Below are positions 62,248 through 64,000 of a DNA stretch of 64,000 bases, piece after piece. Position numbers and translations under genes: made by a program. Every line of letters begins with the position of its first letter. The stretch's first letter is position 1. The notes beneath the pieces were generated by a model. That model saw nothing but the letters and a program-made list of their open reading frames with translations. It was not told the origin of the DNA and made no database searches. The stretch covers positions 64,001 through 128,000 of the forward strand of contig JBJOKS010000005.1 of NCBI GenBank assembly GCA_046045965.1, in the 5' to 3' direction. The DNA comes from Cyanobacteriota bacterium. GTDB taxonomy: Bacteria > Cyanobacteriota > Cyanobacteriia > Cyanobacteriales > Nostocaceae.

Positions 62248-62383
62248 CAATACTGTTCGGTTAAGAGTTTTCGTTGGTTGGGTTGAACAAACTGAAACCC
62301 AACAAACCCTTGTAAATGTTGGGTTTCCTATCGTCAACCCAACCAACATCATGATATTTTTTGGGCTTAACCGAACAGTATTG
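62248..62383. mobile_element. MITE (136 bp) with 18-bp TIRs and 10-bp target-site duplication
   Basis: TIRs CAATACTGTTCGGTTAAG / CTTAACCGAACAGTATTG; GAATGGAGGC at 62238-62247 and 62384-62393. Confidence 0.9.
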
Positions 62384-62451
62384 GAATGGAGGCGGCGAAA
62401 TCTGGGACAAAGCCTACTCCGCATTTGGTACTCCGAATCGGTGTAGGTAGT

Positions 62452-64000
62452 TTACTCCATCGCTTCATTGACAGGGAACCGATCAATTAACTGCATAGCC
62501 CGTTGAGCATTCCGCCGCAAAGATTCCTGTACATAGGGAACATGAGGAATCTGAGATAACAGATCCAATGTGCGACGTAACAGCCTGACTACATCACCTT
62601 CATCTAAAGTCGTGTTTGCACACAGTTGTAACCAGTCCATTCCTAAGGCCCATTGTTCTACAACTGCAATGAGTTCAAATTCTAACCATATAGGTAAAGC
62701 TACATGATGACGGTGTTGAATTTGGAATAATTTACGACGAATACCGCGCAATTTTGCTAAAGCGTCCGCTACTTCATTACTGAGGTCAAAACGTACTTTA
62801 CTATCTGGACGTGGTGTTTCTGTTACCAAAGCCGCAGCAGCAGCAGCTAAATGATGGGGATCTAAATTATCCAGTTCACCACTAGCGATCGCTAAACCTA
62901 ACCATAATTCATTTTCACCCCGAATCGCAGCGGCCATTTGTCCCAGTTCCGTAGGTGCTAAATTATCCAACCCGCCAAAGTGTTGCAATATCTGAATTAA
63001 ATTTAGAAACTCTTCCCAATGTTGTTGGGAGTGTTCTTGTACTTGCTCTTCTAAACCTTCCAGTTCGGCTTCCAGTTCCACACACCGCGCTCTTTGTTTA
63101 AATATATTGGCAATATTTCCTGATTGATGCAAAGGATGATTTTCTATTTGTGCTTGGACAGCGTTAACCCGGCTTAGTTGTGTAGCCACTTCCGGGGGCA
63201 TATACATAAACTCACTCGGATCTGGTATGCTTTGAGCGATCACTGCCGTTTGTGCATTACCACGTACCGACTGACCGCGTTTTAAACCCAATTCTGATGG
63301 TGGTAAAATATCCTCTGGAACTTCCACCCTGGGCATTTCTGCATATAAATCAATTACATCAGCGGACGTAGCTACATACCAGCGGTTATCCTGTCCCAAA
63401 CAGACCAAGTAAGAAAGTGGACCTACTTCTGGAGCTTTACCAACTAATATCGCTGTTAAAGGTAAAGTCGATGTCATGTTTTTATCCTTTAAACTTAACA
63501 GCGTCCCCGTCACAGCAAAATCTAACATCATTGACAATTGCTCTTGTCTGTCTTCCCGTGCTTGTTCTTGTAGAGTCTTAAAAATATGCCGTTCTACTTT
63601 TAAACGTTGTCGTAATTTTTCATATAATGCAATTTCATTTTCATCAACTGCGGCCAGCTCTGCCTGAATTTTTCCTAATTCTGCTTTAATTTCCGCTATT
63701 TCGTCATATTCTGGCTTTAAATACAAAGTCGCCATGTACTGTCCAAAACTGCGTTCTATCAGTTCCCTGGCTTGTTCTATCGTATGGGTTTGCAGTAAGT
63801 TCAGCACCATGCCATAGCTAGGAGTAAACTGACTCACTAGGGGATCTGCTGGGGATGTAGCTAAATAAGCAGCTTCTTTCGCGCCTTCAAAGGGAGTTTG
63901 TAATGTCACGACGTGACCTTGTAAATCCATGCCCCGACGACCAGCACGCCCGGACATTTGCAAAAATTCCGAAGCTTTTAATAAACGATGTCCATTATCA
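62452..64000 (-). CDS. Ski2/HelY-like DEAD/DEAH-box RNA helicase, C-terminal part (5' end outside the window)
   Basis: Motif VI QMSGRAGRRG, SFGQY, DSHCT-like DEGDVVRLLRRTLDLLSQI; frame open to the window edge. Confidence 0.9.
   Translation of the reverse strand, partial: DNGHRLLKASEFLQMSGRAGRRGMDLQGHVVTLQTPFEGAKEAAYLATSPADPLVSQFTPSYGMVLNLLQTHTIEQARELIERSFGQYMATLYLKPEYDEIAEIKAELGKIQAELAAVDENEIALYEKLRQRLKVERHIFKTLQEQAREDRQEQLSMMLDFAVTGTLLSLKDKNMTSTLPLTAILVGKAPEVGPLSYLVCLGQDNRWYVATSADVIDLYAEMPRVEVPEDILPPSELGLKRGQSVRGNAQTAVIAQSIPDPSEFMYMPPEVATQLSRVNAVQAQIENHPLHQSGNIANIFKQRARCVELEAELEGLEEQVQEHSQQHWEEFLNLIQILQHFGGLDNLAPTELGQMAAAIRGENELWLGLAIASGELDNLDPHHLAAAAAALVTETPRPDSKVRFDLSNEVADALAKLRGIRRKLFQIQHRHHVALPIWLEFELIAVVEQWALGMDWLQLCANTTLDEGDVVRLLRRTLDLLSQIPHVPYVQESLRRNAQRAMQLIDRFPVNEAME

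Noticed and set aside
62182..62446. Short ORFs on both strands after the RND permease
   Set aside because: They run through the palindromic MITE and have no protein-like features

Overview
AT-rich chromosomal window from a filamentous, probably heterocyst-forming cyanobacterium (Nostocales). The assignment rests on frequent HIP1 octamers (GCGATCGC), heptameric STRR-type tandem repeats and cyanobacterial gene content. The backbone is housekeeping: crtO, dnaK3-dnaJ, lysA-cdaA-uppS, rimI, clpC, lepB, hemW, PTOX, a PadR/RND efflux module and a truncated Ski2/HelY-like helicase. Three accessory blocks stand out. (1) 9.9-22.7 kb: a sigma-factor-like gene, a DUF1822 gene and a ~1840-aa CHAT protease-NACHT-HEAT-membrane protein, followed by two double-glycine-leader secreted precursors and their C39-peptidase ABC exporter/HlyD pair. 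This is a candidate protease-gated, sigma-controlled secreted-peptide signalling or conflict system. (2) 32.0-38.6 kb: a defence island with a Panacea TA pair, a Schlafen/AlbA_2 protein, a Bpu10I-family type II R-M system and a PIN TA pair. (3) 42.6-49.1 kb: a five-gene operon of an atypical Hsp70, a Zn-ribbon/TM/LysM protein, a large TPR protein, an HPD-less J-like protein and a GrpE-like protein, a candidate dedicated envelope-linked chaperone machine. Small mobile DNA includes two MITEs with target-site duplications, a protein-less IS200/IS605 derivative that keeps a promoter and a TnpB omega-RNA-like right end, and a 21-nt element inserted in frame into a HIP1 site. No rRNA, tRNA or CRISPR array was recognised. 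All family calls are from motif recognition by eye, not database searches.
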